Shown piece by piece: positions 15,953 to 32,937 of a stretch of 64,000 bases of DNA (positions are counted from its first letter, which is position 1; the number at the start of each line of letters is the position of its first letter). Source of the stretch: Eledone cirrhosa (taxonomy: Eukaryota); NCBI GenBank assembly GCA_964016885.1, contig OZ024740.1, positions 86,428,001 to 86,492,000 on the forward strand, in the 5' to 3' direction. A program made the position numbers and the translations under genes. Below the pieces are notes generated by a model. It did not search any database, was not told the DNA's origin, and worked only from the letters and a program-made list of their open reading frames with translations.

Positions 15953-16730
15953 AAAATAATATAATATAATATAATATAATATATATAGTAACAAAATTGA
16001 ATTAAATATGTCATGTCTGAGAATATCAGAAACATGCGCCATACCACCTGTAGAGTAAGCTCAAAGATACTAAGGAATAAATCCGAGCATTTATTTAAAT
16101 CGAATTAAATCTTGATTGACATATATATATATATATATAAAATAAACATTGACAGGGGATAATTTGTAAAGAGTGTAAACACACATAGTTATGGAGGTAA
16201 CATATAAAAAATTTAACGAGAACCTTGCAATAATGATTAATCTCCTTTGTATATATTCCATTAAAAAATATATTTCACCATTAATCGGTGAATCACAGAT
16301 GTCAAATCTTGGATCGTCAGCAAAGAAGAAGATTTAACTAGCTGTGATTACACACTAAGAACAAATAAGGAAAAACGATGAAAAGCACATGTGGTGTGGA
16401 AAAATACACATCGCACCACCGTCAAGCCAGTGGCGTGAATAGGCTTATTGGCAGCAAGAAATAGCAGCCGAGTCCTTTCAACAGAAACAGCTCTACTAAT
16501 AGAATATTTAGGAGCCGCAAATACTACCAAAATTAAATTAAAGATGTCATGTCTGAGAATATCAGAAACAAGCACCATATCACCCTTCCAACACACGTGC
16601 TTCCATAATGCGATGAAATACCAATGATGGTTGGAAAATCACTGACGAGGGACTAATTTTATCATATGTAACTCATGTGCAGCCACGCAGTATTCCTCTT
16701 TCTTCTCATGTTTATATATATATATATATA

Positions 16731-20300
<3,570 letters not shown>

Positions 20301-21146
20301 TATATATATATAATAAAATGAAACAAGGACGAGTGGTTACTCATTCATTACGTTTATCGGGCATTTCACTATTGATCAGCTCAAAGTTCGATCTGTATCG
20401 ATCTAGCCTCACTCTGTAATCAATTGCCTGTCGGACCTTTTTGTGGTAATGACATATATATATTCCTAATTAAACTATTTTCACTGTATTCCTAATTAAA
20501 CTATTTTTCACTGTGAACAATTTGTCAGCATTTTCTTTTCCATTTATCAATATATATATATATTGCTATACTTTGTCATACACAAGATGGTATAGGACAG
20601 AACAAAGGAGAGAAACAATATAACAACAAATGTAATCACTCAGGTCACCGTATATGTGAAGAAAGAGCTTTGATGACAATCAACAACTAAACAATAGGTT
20701 AATAAACTAACCGATTAGGAAGTTATGATAATAAATTGAAGTGAAACACAGAATGTGCCTGTGTTTGTTTTTGGCCGCATGACCCGCCCAGAATATAACA
20801 ATTTCAGATAAAAAACACTACACCAACAGAGATATTTATTTCTCCCTTGTTACGAACCGTCTATCTTAGGTGGTCCTTTTAGTTAAATCGTCGAAAACAC
20901 AGGCGGTCTAAAATGAGTGTATTTAAATATTTGTGTGATCTCTCGTCCATTTTATTCCTTTTCTCCTTTCTTCCTATCACGTCGGTGGGCCAATACAATT
21001 CTAACCACTGATTTACATCCTTTGACGTAAGTTTTGCCTGACATCGTCATTGACGGCATTTTGCTAATTTGCCGTGCGTTGAGTATTTTCTCATTATTTT
21101 ATGAATTCTACTACATTCGCGTTTCAAATTTGATATTCGAGATAAC

Positions 21147-21195
<49 letters not shown>

Positions 21196-21198
<3 letters not shown>

Positions 21199-21371
21199 AA
21201 AAAGTATGACCCCGACGGCAGAGCTCAAGCCGTTTCGACGTCTATTTCTGGGGTTATACTTTTTCCTATTTCCCACTCTACTACCCTAAGTATTGAGTAC
21301 TCTGGTGCGTTATGGTCCATCTGGTTCCTTACCACAATTCCTTCGTTATATATATATATACGTATGTGTGT

Positions 21372-21409
<38 letters not shown>

Positions 21410-21423
21410 CGTATGCATGTGTG

Positions 21424-21458
<35 letters not shown>

Positions 21459-21695
21459 CGCTTACGGACGCTTTAAGTATCCCACACCAATCATATATAT
21501 ATATATAACGAAGGGGGTGTGGTAAGGAATCAGATGGGCCACAACGCACCAGAGTACTCAATAATTAGGGCAATAATTAGTGGGTAACAGGAAAATGTTT
21601 GACCCCGACGGCAGAGCTCGAGCAGTCTCGACGGCTATTTCTGGACTAGTCGTCGAAACGGCTTGAGCTCTGCTGTCGTGGTCAAACATTTTCAT
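21196..21695. repeat. Short hairpin-forming dispersed repeat family, two rearranged copies
   Basis: ggcagagctcaagccgtttcgacg and ttgagtactctggtgcgtt modules; also at 31005-31255 and 61806-62002. Confidence 0.75.
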
Positions 21696-21899
21696 ATATA
21701 TATATATATATTAAAATAACAGATTAATGTTTAAGAAAAGAATCGCTGCTTTCACCCTTAACGGGATCTTCTGAAACAAATAAATATTTGCTCTACGGTT
21801 CTTATATATTTGATATTTATTTATTCTTATCGAGCTCTCTGGATTTTAGTCTTCAAATTTATTATTATTACTATATATATATATATATATATGAAAAAA

Positions 21900-22034
<135 letters not shown>

Positions 22035-22114
22035 GTTATATCTGTATACATATAGAGTTGATAAGTGAGACTGCTCCACTGTGTATATAAATTTACACAT
22101 TTTTAATATATATA

Positions 22115-22890
22115 TTTCTTTATTTGCCACAAGGGCGCACAAGAAAATGGGACAATACAAAGACACATGCCGGGGATTTTACATACAGCCGTGTAAAAGT
22201 ATTGAAACAAACAATTATAACAATCGAAATCCCCAATAGGGGAAAGGCGCCACAAATGGGTTGTTTAATACCCCGTCGATAGAACAACCCTCAACTTCAG
22301 GAGCGTGTTGTGCAAGTGCTCCCTTCTACCTTTTGTTCTCTTCTTTAACCTACAGGCTTATAAAAAGAGAAGGCCCAATGACTCGGGCAATTTTCGCTTC
22401 ATTCACCCACCTTTCATTAAATTTACTGGGGTGTGTGTGTGGGGGGGGGGGGATGCCTCTCTCTCCACTCTGATTCTCCTTCTAAAGTGATAGGTAAAGA
22501 AGGGAATCAATTGTTGTCCGGAGAGAAAGGCATCTGTCCTCAGTCCTCTCAATCTCGTCCACTATATAACCTCTTTCACCATAGCCACTGTACAGAGGAA
22601 AACCGCCTCTCTTTCGTTTTTGAAAGAATATGGTGGTTTGATCCTTACTATGGACTCGGCAGTCAACTGGATTTGTCCATACGCGACAGCAGTTGTTCTG
22701 CATAGTTCCACAGGTCGCTTACGCCAGGGCAGTGTACAATTGCGTGTAAGACGGTTTCAATGTCCTGCTCGCATCTTGGACACGTCCTCTTGGAAGGATC
22801 CTTGTCGGAGCGTCCGTGCCTGTAGATCTTATCTCGAACGGGTAGAGCTCCTCGGTAGCATTGCCAGGCCAGGGACCTCTGGAAGACATG
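22115..22890 (-). mobile_element. Degenerate 3' fragment of an L1/Tx1-like LINE
   Basis: Similar to the 3' end of the 46488-52347 element (ttctttatt..ccacaaggg terminus, WQCYRGA and CxxC region). Confidence 0.7.
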
Positions 22891-23233
22891 TAAACATGCC
22901 AGAAATGAATTAGGATATAACTTTACCGTAAACTTCGACTACTTATCGCACTTCTTAACTTATATATATACATATATACATTTAAGTTCGCTCTAACATA
23001 TCTGTATACATATAAGTATGAGTACTTTGTATATCTTGCAATATACGGTATGTTTACGGATAAACGTTTTGAAAGCCTTAGGTATGAATTTGGAAACTGC
23101 GCATTCCAATAGAAGTAAAGGGTGTGTAACTGTCGACGACGTTCTGCTTCTACAGGATTAGAACTGTTTTATGAAATCCTCGGGTATTCTTGATGATTTC
23201 ATTCCAACGAAACAGTCCTAGTCCTGTAGAAGC

Positions 23234-23843
<610 letters not shown>

Positions 23844-23869
23844 AACACACAAATGTATGCATACTATAT

Positions 23870-24423
23870 ACATGGTGGTGGCTGCCAACTCGTTTTCGAG
23901 TACGGCCACTACTTTATATCCATGTAGGAGAACCCCTACCGATGCGCTGAACGAGTGTGACTTTTTAGTCCAGCCAGCGACTTGAAAACTCTGGTACAAA
24001 CACTACACTTGTGACAATTACTGACACATAGTGCTGGGCCCATGGTACCATGTGACGACAAGTGCAGAGAGATCTCCAGATATAAAGCAATGCCTGTGCC
24101 GTGAAGCTTTTATAGAGAGCAAAGGCACTGCACAAAGCCAGTCCCACTCTCTTAACCAAGATGATATTTATTAAAAAGAAGAACAAGTCAACATCATTGG
24201 ATACCAACAGAGTTGCAGGTTTTCAGAGTTTTCCTTCTCCTAGAATTCTTCCTTGACAAAGGCTAAGGGGTCATCTCTCCCGGTGATTTTGGATGGCCAT
24301 TGACTCTTAAGAGCTCCTTTGCCCTTTGACAGGTTTTGTTTTTAGTCCTGCAGGATGTCCAAAGCCACCCTCCTCACCAAGAAACCTTGGTGGGGTTGCC
24401 AGTTTAGTCGCCAACGACCCGAC
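23870..24423 (-). mobile_element. Probable RTE-clade 5'UTR-derived element
   Basis: gagttttccttctcctag...aaggctaa and ggggttgccagtttagtcgcc motifs recalled from RTE 5' ends. Confidence 0.4.
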
Positions 24424-25400
24424 CATATACATACATATCTACATGCATACACACAATTATATAAGTGTGTATGCACACGTGTCTTGGAATGTGCGCGTGT
24501 GAATGTGTTTCCGTGTGTGCATATAAAATATTTGATGAGTTTACAGAAATTACATGTCTATTCATAAAACTTTTATATTTATATAAATTGTAGCGTAATG
24601 ACTCCATGTATATGGTGATGTTTTTTATCTATTTGTACTTTAGTGAGATTCTTAGCTCGTGTTTGCTATACGACCATACACGCACACAAGGACAGATACA
24701 TACTCACACACACACGCATGTATGTGTGTGTGTATTATAGAGAGAAAAATAATAGAAAAGAAACCTGTTGTCACTGTATTCTGACATCTTTCAGCTTAGG
24801 AGACAAACGTATTTGAATAATGTATATTAAATTGATCAGCGTGGAACCATCTCCTTCAGTTTGTTAACATATCTATATACATATACAAATAAATGCATGC
24901 ATACATAAATTTACAAAAATATGCTAAATTGTATCTAGTTCATATACATACATACACACACACATATATATATATAGGGTATAAACCGAAGTTGTAGCTA
25001 TATATATATATATATATATATTGGTAAAAGGAAAGAAAATGCTGACAAATTGTTCCCAGTGAAAAATAGTTTAATTAGGAATAAGTAAAAATTAGTAATA
25101 GTATTGGTTAGTATTCAGTTTTGGTTTTAAGTTTTACCGGTTGCGCATTTCTAATGCTTTTCAAAAATAATTTTGAGATAGAGCGCCCGTCATGTTTGCT
25201 CTAATCTGATTAGTTTTGTAAATTCTACCTGTTTTATGTAAAAAAAAAAGTGGCTCCACATGTATGAAAAAATTCTTGTGGTCAAAACAATTTTGATTGG
25301 TCGGTAGAGGTCATGTGAATGTTAAAAATTGATTTTGCGCCAAATGTAGGTTTGTCTCGGCTGATTGAGAAGTCACTGAAAAATAAGTCTTTCAAGACAA

Positions 25401-25700
25401 TATGTGTGTGTGTGTGTATAGTAGTAGTAAAGAGGTTTTTTGTTGTGATAATGGTCAGCAGGGATGTGTGTGCGTACCGCAGCCTGTTGACAGTTCAAAT
25501 GCCTATTAAGACATATATATATATATATGACCATCCCTCTACCACGAATTACTCTGCTACATACACGCACACACACACACACACTTGTCTTAATAGGCAT
25601 TTGAACTGTCAACAGGCTGCAGTTCGCACACACATCCCTGCTGACCATTATCACAACAACGAAACTCTTTACTACTACTACTATACACACACACACAGAC

Positions 25701-25703
<3 letters not shown>
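25401..25703. repeat. Foldback element, ~113-bp arms (25401-25513 and 25586-25703)
   Basis: Arms are reverse complements; no HHR recognised. Confidence 0.85.
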
Positions 25704-25748
<45 letters not shown>

Positions 25749-26014
25749 ACGCGTAGATACATGCAAAAAGTAGTAAGAAGCCAGAGGACAAATTCATGTC
25801 CATAGACACATACATATGCATGTATTGCATTTTTATCTTTTGGTAAATGAGTACCACATCTGTAAAATAAAATAATACCTTTAAGTCTCTTGTATCGTCT
25901 AGTAGCTAATCTGTTATTTAATATATGGGGCAGGATAACATTAACGATGATATGTAAAAGTATTTGCTGATCGTTTAATCCCGGATCTAGATATTGTATG
26001 TTTAATAACCAGCA

Positions 26015-26066
<52 letters not shown>

Positions 26067-26108
26067 GATTATAAATTCACAAACCTGAAGAAGTTAAAAT
26101 TATTTGGA

Positions 26109-26262
26109 TTGGCAGTATCGGTAGAGGGTCGGACGCCATGCTTTTACGCATAGAGTTACGGCCCTTGCCGTTCTGAGTTCAAATCCCGCCGGGGTCGATA
26201 AAATAAAGCACCAGTAATGCACTGGGTAATTGCTGACCTTGTGCCAAAAGTAGAAACAATTA
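26109..26262 (+). mobile_element. SINE family B with internal deletion
   Basis: Matches 14270-14452 but lacks part of the central domain. Confidence 0.8.
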
Positions 26263-26954
26263 TTTGTCGTTTGTTCAACTTTCTTGTTTTTGTCCCGTTG
26301 TTCTCATTTTGCTAGTTTCAATAATTATTAGCGCACGAAAGTTTTCTTCCTCTCTCTCTCTCTCTCTCTCAGTTATACAATAGATACTTATTGCTGTTGT
26401 ACTGAATGCTACATTCTTCTTGCTTGTAAGAGAGATATGCAAAGATCGAAAGAAAGAACGAGGATATAACTCTCAATGTATACACACCTATATACATGAA
26501 CACATTGTCATGCAATTACATCTGCACGCATTCTCCACGTGGTCTGCCATCACACCAGTTATCAATCCATTGTTTTTTATATTTATATATATCTTATACA
26601 TTTTTCTGTCTTTGCTCCTTTGATAGAAAACAACTACAAATAAACCCCGCACAAATTCATATATTATTATTCACCGTCCCATACTGAAGTTGTGTAAAAT
26701 ATCTTTATAGATATATACATAACCAACGTTTTAATTAAATTATAAAATATTCGCATGCATGAATTGTTTAAGAGTGTTTCCTTTTTTTATCCCGTAATTC
26801 TTGATGGAGTAGTAGGGACGCTGCATTGACATATGGGGTTTCTTGGGCATTTTAAAGTTGGCAGAGTCTGTCTCCAGGCCTGAGAACAGAAGATTTCTTC
26901 CAGAGAAGGATAAAAACCGAAAGAGGGGAAGTGAGAAAGATATATCGAGGAAGA

Positions 26955-27100
26955 ATCGACCTCAGTACTATACTAGTACATTTTTATAGACCTCGAAAGA
27001 ATGAAAGGCAAAGTTGACCTCAGCAGGATTTGAACTCAAAGTACAAAGAGACTTACAAATACCACAAAGCATTCTGCCCGGCATTCTAAAATTCGCCGCC
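26955..27100 (-). mobile_element. Diverged SINE related to family B
   Basis: atgaaaggcaaagttgacctcagcaggatttgaactc motif. Confidence 0.65.
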
Positions 27101-29928
27101 TGAAGATTGTTTCAGCAAACTCAAATAAGTTTCTTCTTTCCGCATCTTTTTCTTACTGCATATGCTTCGCGTAGCAACACATTCAATATTAACGGAAATA
27201 TTTTTTTATACAGTATTTAAAGTCTGATATTTCAGTGACATTTTACTCGTCATAACTATTCGTAAATTTCCATGATCAAGCAAACTATGACAATGAAACA
27301 ATTTAATATATCATTTTTACTTTAAATCGATTCTAGCTTTCAATTGATATCTATAGGTGATTTATTGTAGAAAAGTATATAACTATACAATCATACAAAT
27401 ATACTTAAAAACATTCAAGCAGACATATATGCATGCACGATTGTATGTAAACATACATATCTCTATCTTTTACTTAATATCATCATTGCAAACCAACTAT
27501 CTGACCGTTTGTATTGATGTTTGATCTATATTTTAAAAATAATTTTGGCGGACGTTTCTTCTAATAATCCCATTTTGTTATAAACCAAGAAATTGTTTAA
27601 TTAAATTTTTTTTTTTTTTTGTTAATTAATTCTGACATTCGTTTGCAGTTGATTTCTAAACAACATATCTTTCATCTATCCACTGCCCACCTCTCTCTGT
27701 TCTGTTTCTTTATTTCTCTTATCGTTACGTAGAATGGACGGACATCAACCTCTTTCAACATCCCATTCAAACTGTTATTTAGTTGCTCCTGTGTCACAAA
27801 TCAGTCTAGAAATGAGCAAAGCATATCTTCAAAATAAGACTTACAAAGCGATACAACATTGTCAGAAGTGTTTCCCAAGCCAATACGTTTAAAAAGAAAA
27901 CAGACAAAAGAGATAACAACCGAACATCCTTCAGTGCTACTTCAATATTTATAGGGAAGCATCAGCATATAGAAGGGAAAACATCCCGCATGATGCACTG
28001 CGCATGCCTCTACACAAACACATATCAAACAAAAAATAATAAAAAGATAAAATATAGCAAGTGTCATTGTCTTCAGTCATTCCATCACCAGACAACAAAG
28101 AGTTTACTGTGTAGAATCAACTAAGACGATATACATTGCGAGCAAAAGTCCCCAACTGAAAGCCAGATGGATTCGCTACAGCCAACCAGATAAATATTGC
28201 ATTTAGTTACACAACTGACCATGAGTACTCCGTGTGAGTAGTGGAAAAGTAAAACAAATTTGATGCGTCGTTCAATTGAACAATTTAGCATAGTTTTATT
28301 GACTGAGTCTCCAGAGCCAACGAAGATGCTGCAAAACTTATATCTCAGTATTTTAGTTGACATATTTTGGAGCTAACATCATATCAGACGTGGGTTTCAT
28401 ATCAACAATTAAAGTGCATGGCTTACTCTTCCATTACCCCAACTCCAAGTAAATGATGGTCCATAATTCTTCCAAATTTTCATTATAGAAAACACTGAGG
28501 CAAATGAAATTTTCTATTCTTCCACTAATTCCGAGGTAAATCTACAATATATGCACGAACTACCTCAGGGTACTCTGACCTGTGTCGGAACGTATGGGGG
28601 GGGGGGGTTAAAAACTGACAGGTTTTATTGTCCAGAACTTTTGACAAAAACTCATCAAAATGATGCACCTCATAGCGAAATATAACATTTTTGGCACTAC
28701 AAGATGTAATATATACACTATAGAGTGCAAAAGAAGAGGAATTATTCCTGTAGAGTATTATCATCTAGTTAAAAATAAAATTCTTATCCAATGAAATAGA
28801 CTCAATCATAGCTGCAGGGTTTCTGGTTTATAAAAGTAACCGAAGCTGTTTCAAGATCATCACAAAAATATAGATTAACGTGCCATGTGAGCTCCTAACA
28901 CAGCACATCCTTGCAGGCAAATAATAAATGTATTAAAAGTTATCCAAGATATTGATTTAAAAAAAGCTCAAACACTATACAGAAATAACATACGAAGATG
29001 GAAGATTTGTAACTATAATAAAAATGAGAAACGGCAAAAATGTTGAGATTGACAAATCGATGGATCGTTTCTTGCTGTGCACTCTAGTCAAATTCCTTTG
29101 ATGCATATATGAACGTTGACTTCTTCAGAATGAAATATAAATGAAGGAATCCATTTGAAAGATGCATTAGCAGAAATGAAACATTCTGATGCTCTTTGGG
29201 ATTTCCAGTTCATGAACGACACTCAATCCCCAACTGTGCGTGCACCTGAGAAGTGGACAAATCCGATTCTTTCGTAAATCTCATGTAATTTCTTGCATCA
29301 ACAAATGATGATTTAAAACTTGCTTTAACATTATATTGAAAAGAAAATGCGGTGTATTTGGGCTTAATCTTGCTTATTTACGAAGCTGTTCAACTTTTAC
29401 ATCATAAACCTCAAAAACTCACACCATTAATGCACCAGCCATTATCTTGCTTTTAAGCTTCAGTTTTAGGCTCACGTATGAGGTTAGTCATTTCTAATGT
29501 TATTTGCGAGGATGTATTAATTCCTCATGATAGCCATGATGTAAAATATAAATGATTGCAAAATCCCTGAAATATAAATAGAAAGTATAGAGCAACACAA
29601 TGTAGGTTTGTCTAGTTTAACAGATACTATTTAACGAGAGTTTTATGTATACCCCCCCCCCCCCCCATATATATATATATATATACATACACACAAACAT
29701 GCATATAAGCATATATAGACACTCAGATATACACGTGTATGACTGCATAAGTATGTGTTTAAATACATTAATGTTTATCTATAGCCCATTTTGGGAGAGA
29801 GTTTAGAGCTGGTCAGAATACAATTTCACATCTCTCCATCATTCACACATGGGTGAGCGCATATTATGCAGTAATGACTTCGTGGGTAGGGGATGCCTTT
29901 TGTGAGATTCCTAACTTGTACCATTTCC

Positions 29929-30004
<76 letters not shown>

Positions 30005-30294
30005 TGCACGCATTACACATGCACACAAGAATTTATCGTCGGAAGACATGGGATATTTGTGTGTGTGTGTGTGATAGAGAGAAACGTAATAGAAGAGAAA
30101 CCTGTTGTCACTGTATTCTAACATCTTTCGGTTGAGGAGACAAACATATTTGAATAATGTATATTAAATTGATCACCATGGAGGCATTTCCTTCGGATTG
30201 TTAACATACATACATACATACATACATACATACATACATACATACATACATACATGCATGCATACATACATACATACATACATACATACATACA

Positions 30295-30327
<33 letters not shown>

Positions 30328-30964
30328 GCATGCATACATGCATACGTAAACACAAAGACAAACACATATATAAACACATACATTCATTCATAAATAAATA
30401 TATAACATAACATACTGATATAAATACATACTTTATTGGCAACTGCGAGGGAATCGTCTCATGATTTTAACTTGCCACAAGGAAGATAGAAGATGTGGCA
30501 GATAGAAGAATCCGAATTATCGTAAAAAAGAATAACGTTAATAGTAAATAAAGATAAATATATTGAAACCATTGGATTAAACGAATATTGGCGGAACCTA
30601 ACAATATAAACATCAACTAAAGTAAAGCAACAGAGTTGAGATTGTTTAGTATTTCAAATTAAAAACGTTATCTTTAGTTGAAGTCAGCTGTCTACTTACA
30701 AGAGATAACAGAAAATGGACGGCTGATGGTGAGTTTATAGATCCGGCGCTCAAAATTCACTGATGGATTTATACCCAACAGTATAGGAGCGACAGATTAT
30801 GTACGAAATAAGATAGATGTATGTATAGAAAGTATGGCTTAACTTAGATTCCTACGGAAATGAACTTTCTTACATTATTCATAAACTAGAGACGATGACA
30901 ATATTTGGAACAATATTTAACTGCATCTGCAAGATCTTAAAGTTTAATAGAAGAATGATTGCGA

Positions 30965-31004
<40 letters not shown>

Positions 31005-31007
<3 letters not shown>

Positions 31008-31255
31008 AACTGAGCTCAAGCCGTTTCGACGGCTAATTCATTCCAGAATTAGCCGTCGAAACGGCTTGAGCTCAGCCGTCGGGGTTCTACTCGTTCCTAT
31101 TACCCACTCTACTACCCTAAGTATTGAGTACTTTGGTGCGTTATGGTCCACTTGGTTCCTTACCACATTTGCTTCGTTATATATATATATATATAGGAAA
31201 AAGAATGACCTCGACGGCAGAGCTCAAGCCGTTTCGACGGCTATTTCTGGACGCT
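31005..31255. repeat. Hairpin dispersed repeat family copy
   Basis: gagctcaagccgtttcgacggcta...tagccgtcgaaacggcttgagctc plus the ttgagtac module. Confidence 0.75.
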
Positions 31256-31568
31256 ATATATATACAGTAGCGCACTGGCCAGGTTGCCAGGTTGCCCAAT
31301 GGCAACATTGCAGGGGCCCACAGTAGCACTACAGGGTCCGCTATAGTATTTTAAGTGGCAATGCTTTGCTTTCAAAAAGTATCTGAAGTCTAAGAGAAAG
31401 AATAATTTTTTTTTTAAATAAATAAAACAATTAAGCAAAGCTTGGGAATTAATAGAAACAAAAATATATGATAGTGCAAAGAGCGGGAATCACTGGTTGC
31501 ACATTCTACTAAATCTAAAACTTAGTGTATTCATTCATGCAACCATACATATATAGACACACACACAA

Positions 31569-31637
<69 letters not shown>

Positions 31638-31684
31638 AAAGTTAAATAAAAAGTCAAATGATTAAAATTTAGCTTCGTTTATTA

Positions 31685-31737
31685 CTGCTATATATATTTC
31701 AGTGACAGCCATCTTTGGCTGTGACCTCTTCAGGCAG
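31685..31737 (-). ncRNA. Type I HHR in pLTR (second copy 35824-35876 on -)
   Basis: ctgc-CTGAAGA-ggtcacagcc..ggctgtcact-GAAA-TATATA-TA-gcag. Confidence 0.82.
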
Positions 31738-32937
31738 TTTGAATTAGTGTGGTATAGACAAGTACATATGTTGTTGAGGTGTATAATATTGTCACTACTC
31801 TGATATGCCCAGTTCCTGGTTGGGTTGTTATTTCACTGAGGAACTGGAATCATATGAATTCAAACAAACGAATTTCAGTGTCAAAGGTCCTCTTCTCCTC
31901 TCATTGGTCAGTTATTAGAACATTCCTCATTCTAAGTGTTGTTATTGTTGGAGTTAGCTTAACAAATTGATAAAATGGCAGAAGGGACAAGGTGTTAAAG
32001 GAACAAAATAACAAAAAAAGTGTCAAACTCCCCATTGGTCAGTTCTGAGAGCATTCCTCAGTCAGAAGTCTATAGAATTCTTTCTGGGGTGAGGCTCCCT
32101 GTAGTGTTTTTGTTTGCTATTGTTAAGTACATTTGACCTCTACCATTATTTTGGTAGTGTTGTTGGTGTTGTGGTCAGCTTATATCTTGCTGTTGCTAAC
32201 AATTTAGAAGTATCCAGTGTGTGTTTTTTCTTCATCCCTCCCGCCACCCTCTCTCATAGTGGTGGGGGGGGGGGGTCTTCCATGTATATGAAGAAATATA
32301 AGGCAATAAATGAAGAAAACAGAAAATAAATAAATAATATAATAAAATAATTAGTATAATTTGTATAATTAGAAAATAAATAAATAAATAGAGAATAAAG
32401 AATAAAGAATAAATGAGAAATTGGTGAAAAAGTAATGAAAATGAATATGGAGAAGTGAAAAATAGTGTAGGATAAAGTGTGTGTGCTATAACCAATCTCA
32501 AGGTAAGAAATATGTTGGATAGATTGGTATGAGGAAAGATGTTAAGATAAGATAATCAAACTAAATGTGTTTGTGTTATAATCAATCTCAACTTAAAAAT
32601 AAATATAAGGTGATACAGTGAAGAGGGCAGAAAACAAATAACAAATTAGTAAAGAGAAATCAAGATGTAAAATTGAAGTTTGAAAATCAGAAATCAAGTA
32701 AATTAATAAGTGTTTGTGTTATATATATGTTGGCCAAATGATAATGGCTGTGTTCGATTCTATCTCTAGGCTATCATGGTCTCTGCTCAGCCTGAGTTGA
32801 CCCTATGGCTTGAGGGGAGTTCACAACCTAGGATGTTGTTACTGCCCATATAGCTTGAGGGAGGTCTGGCCGAGAGGTATTTTCATGTTCTGTAGAAGTC
32901 CCTATAGCTTGAGGGGAGTTCACATCTTCTTGTGTTG

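Noticed and set aside
21741-21778. HHR-like CAGAAGA..ccc/ggg..GAAA on -
   Set aside because: Single copy, lacking a UH cleavage site and stem I.
28000-29500. Unique-looking region as a possible coding sequence
   Set aside because: Only short ORFs with no motifs.
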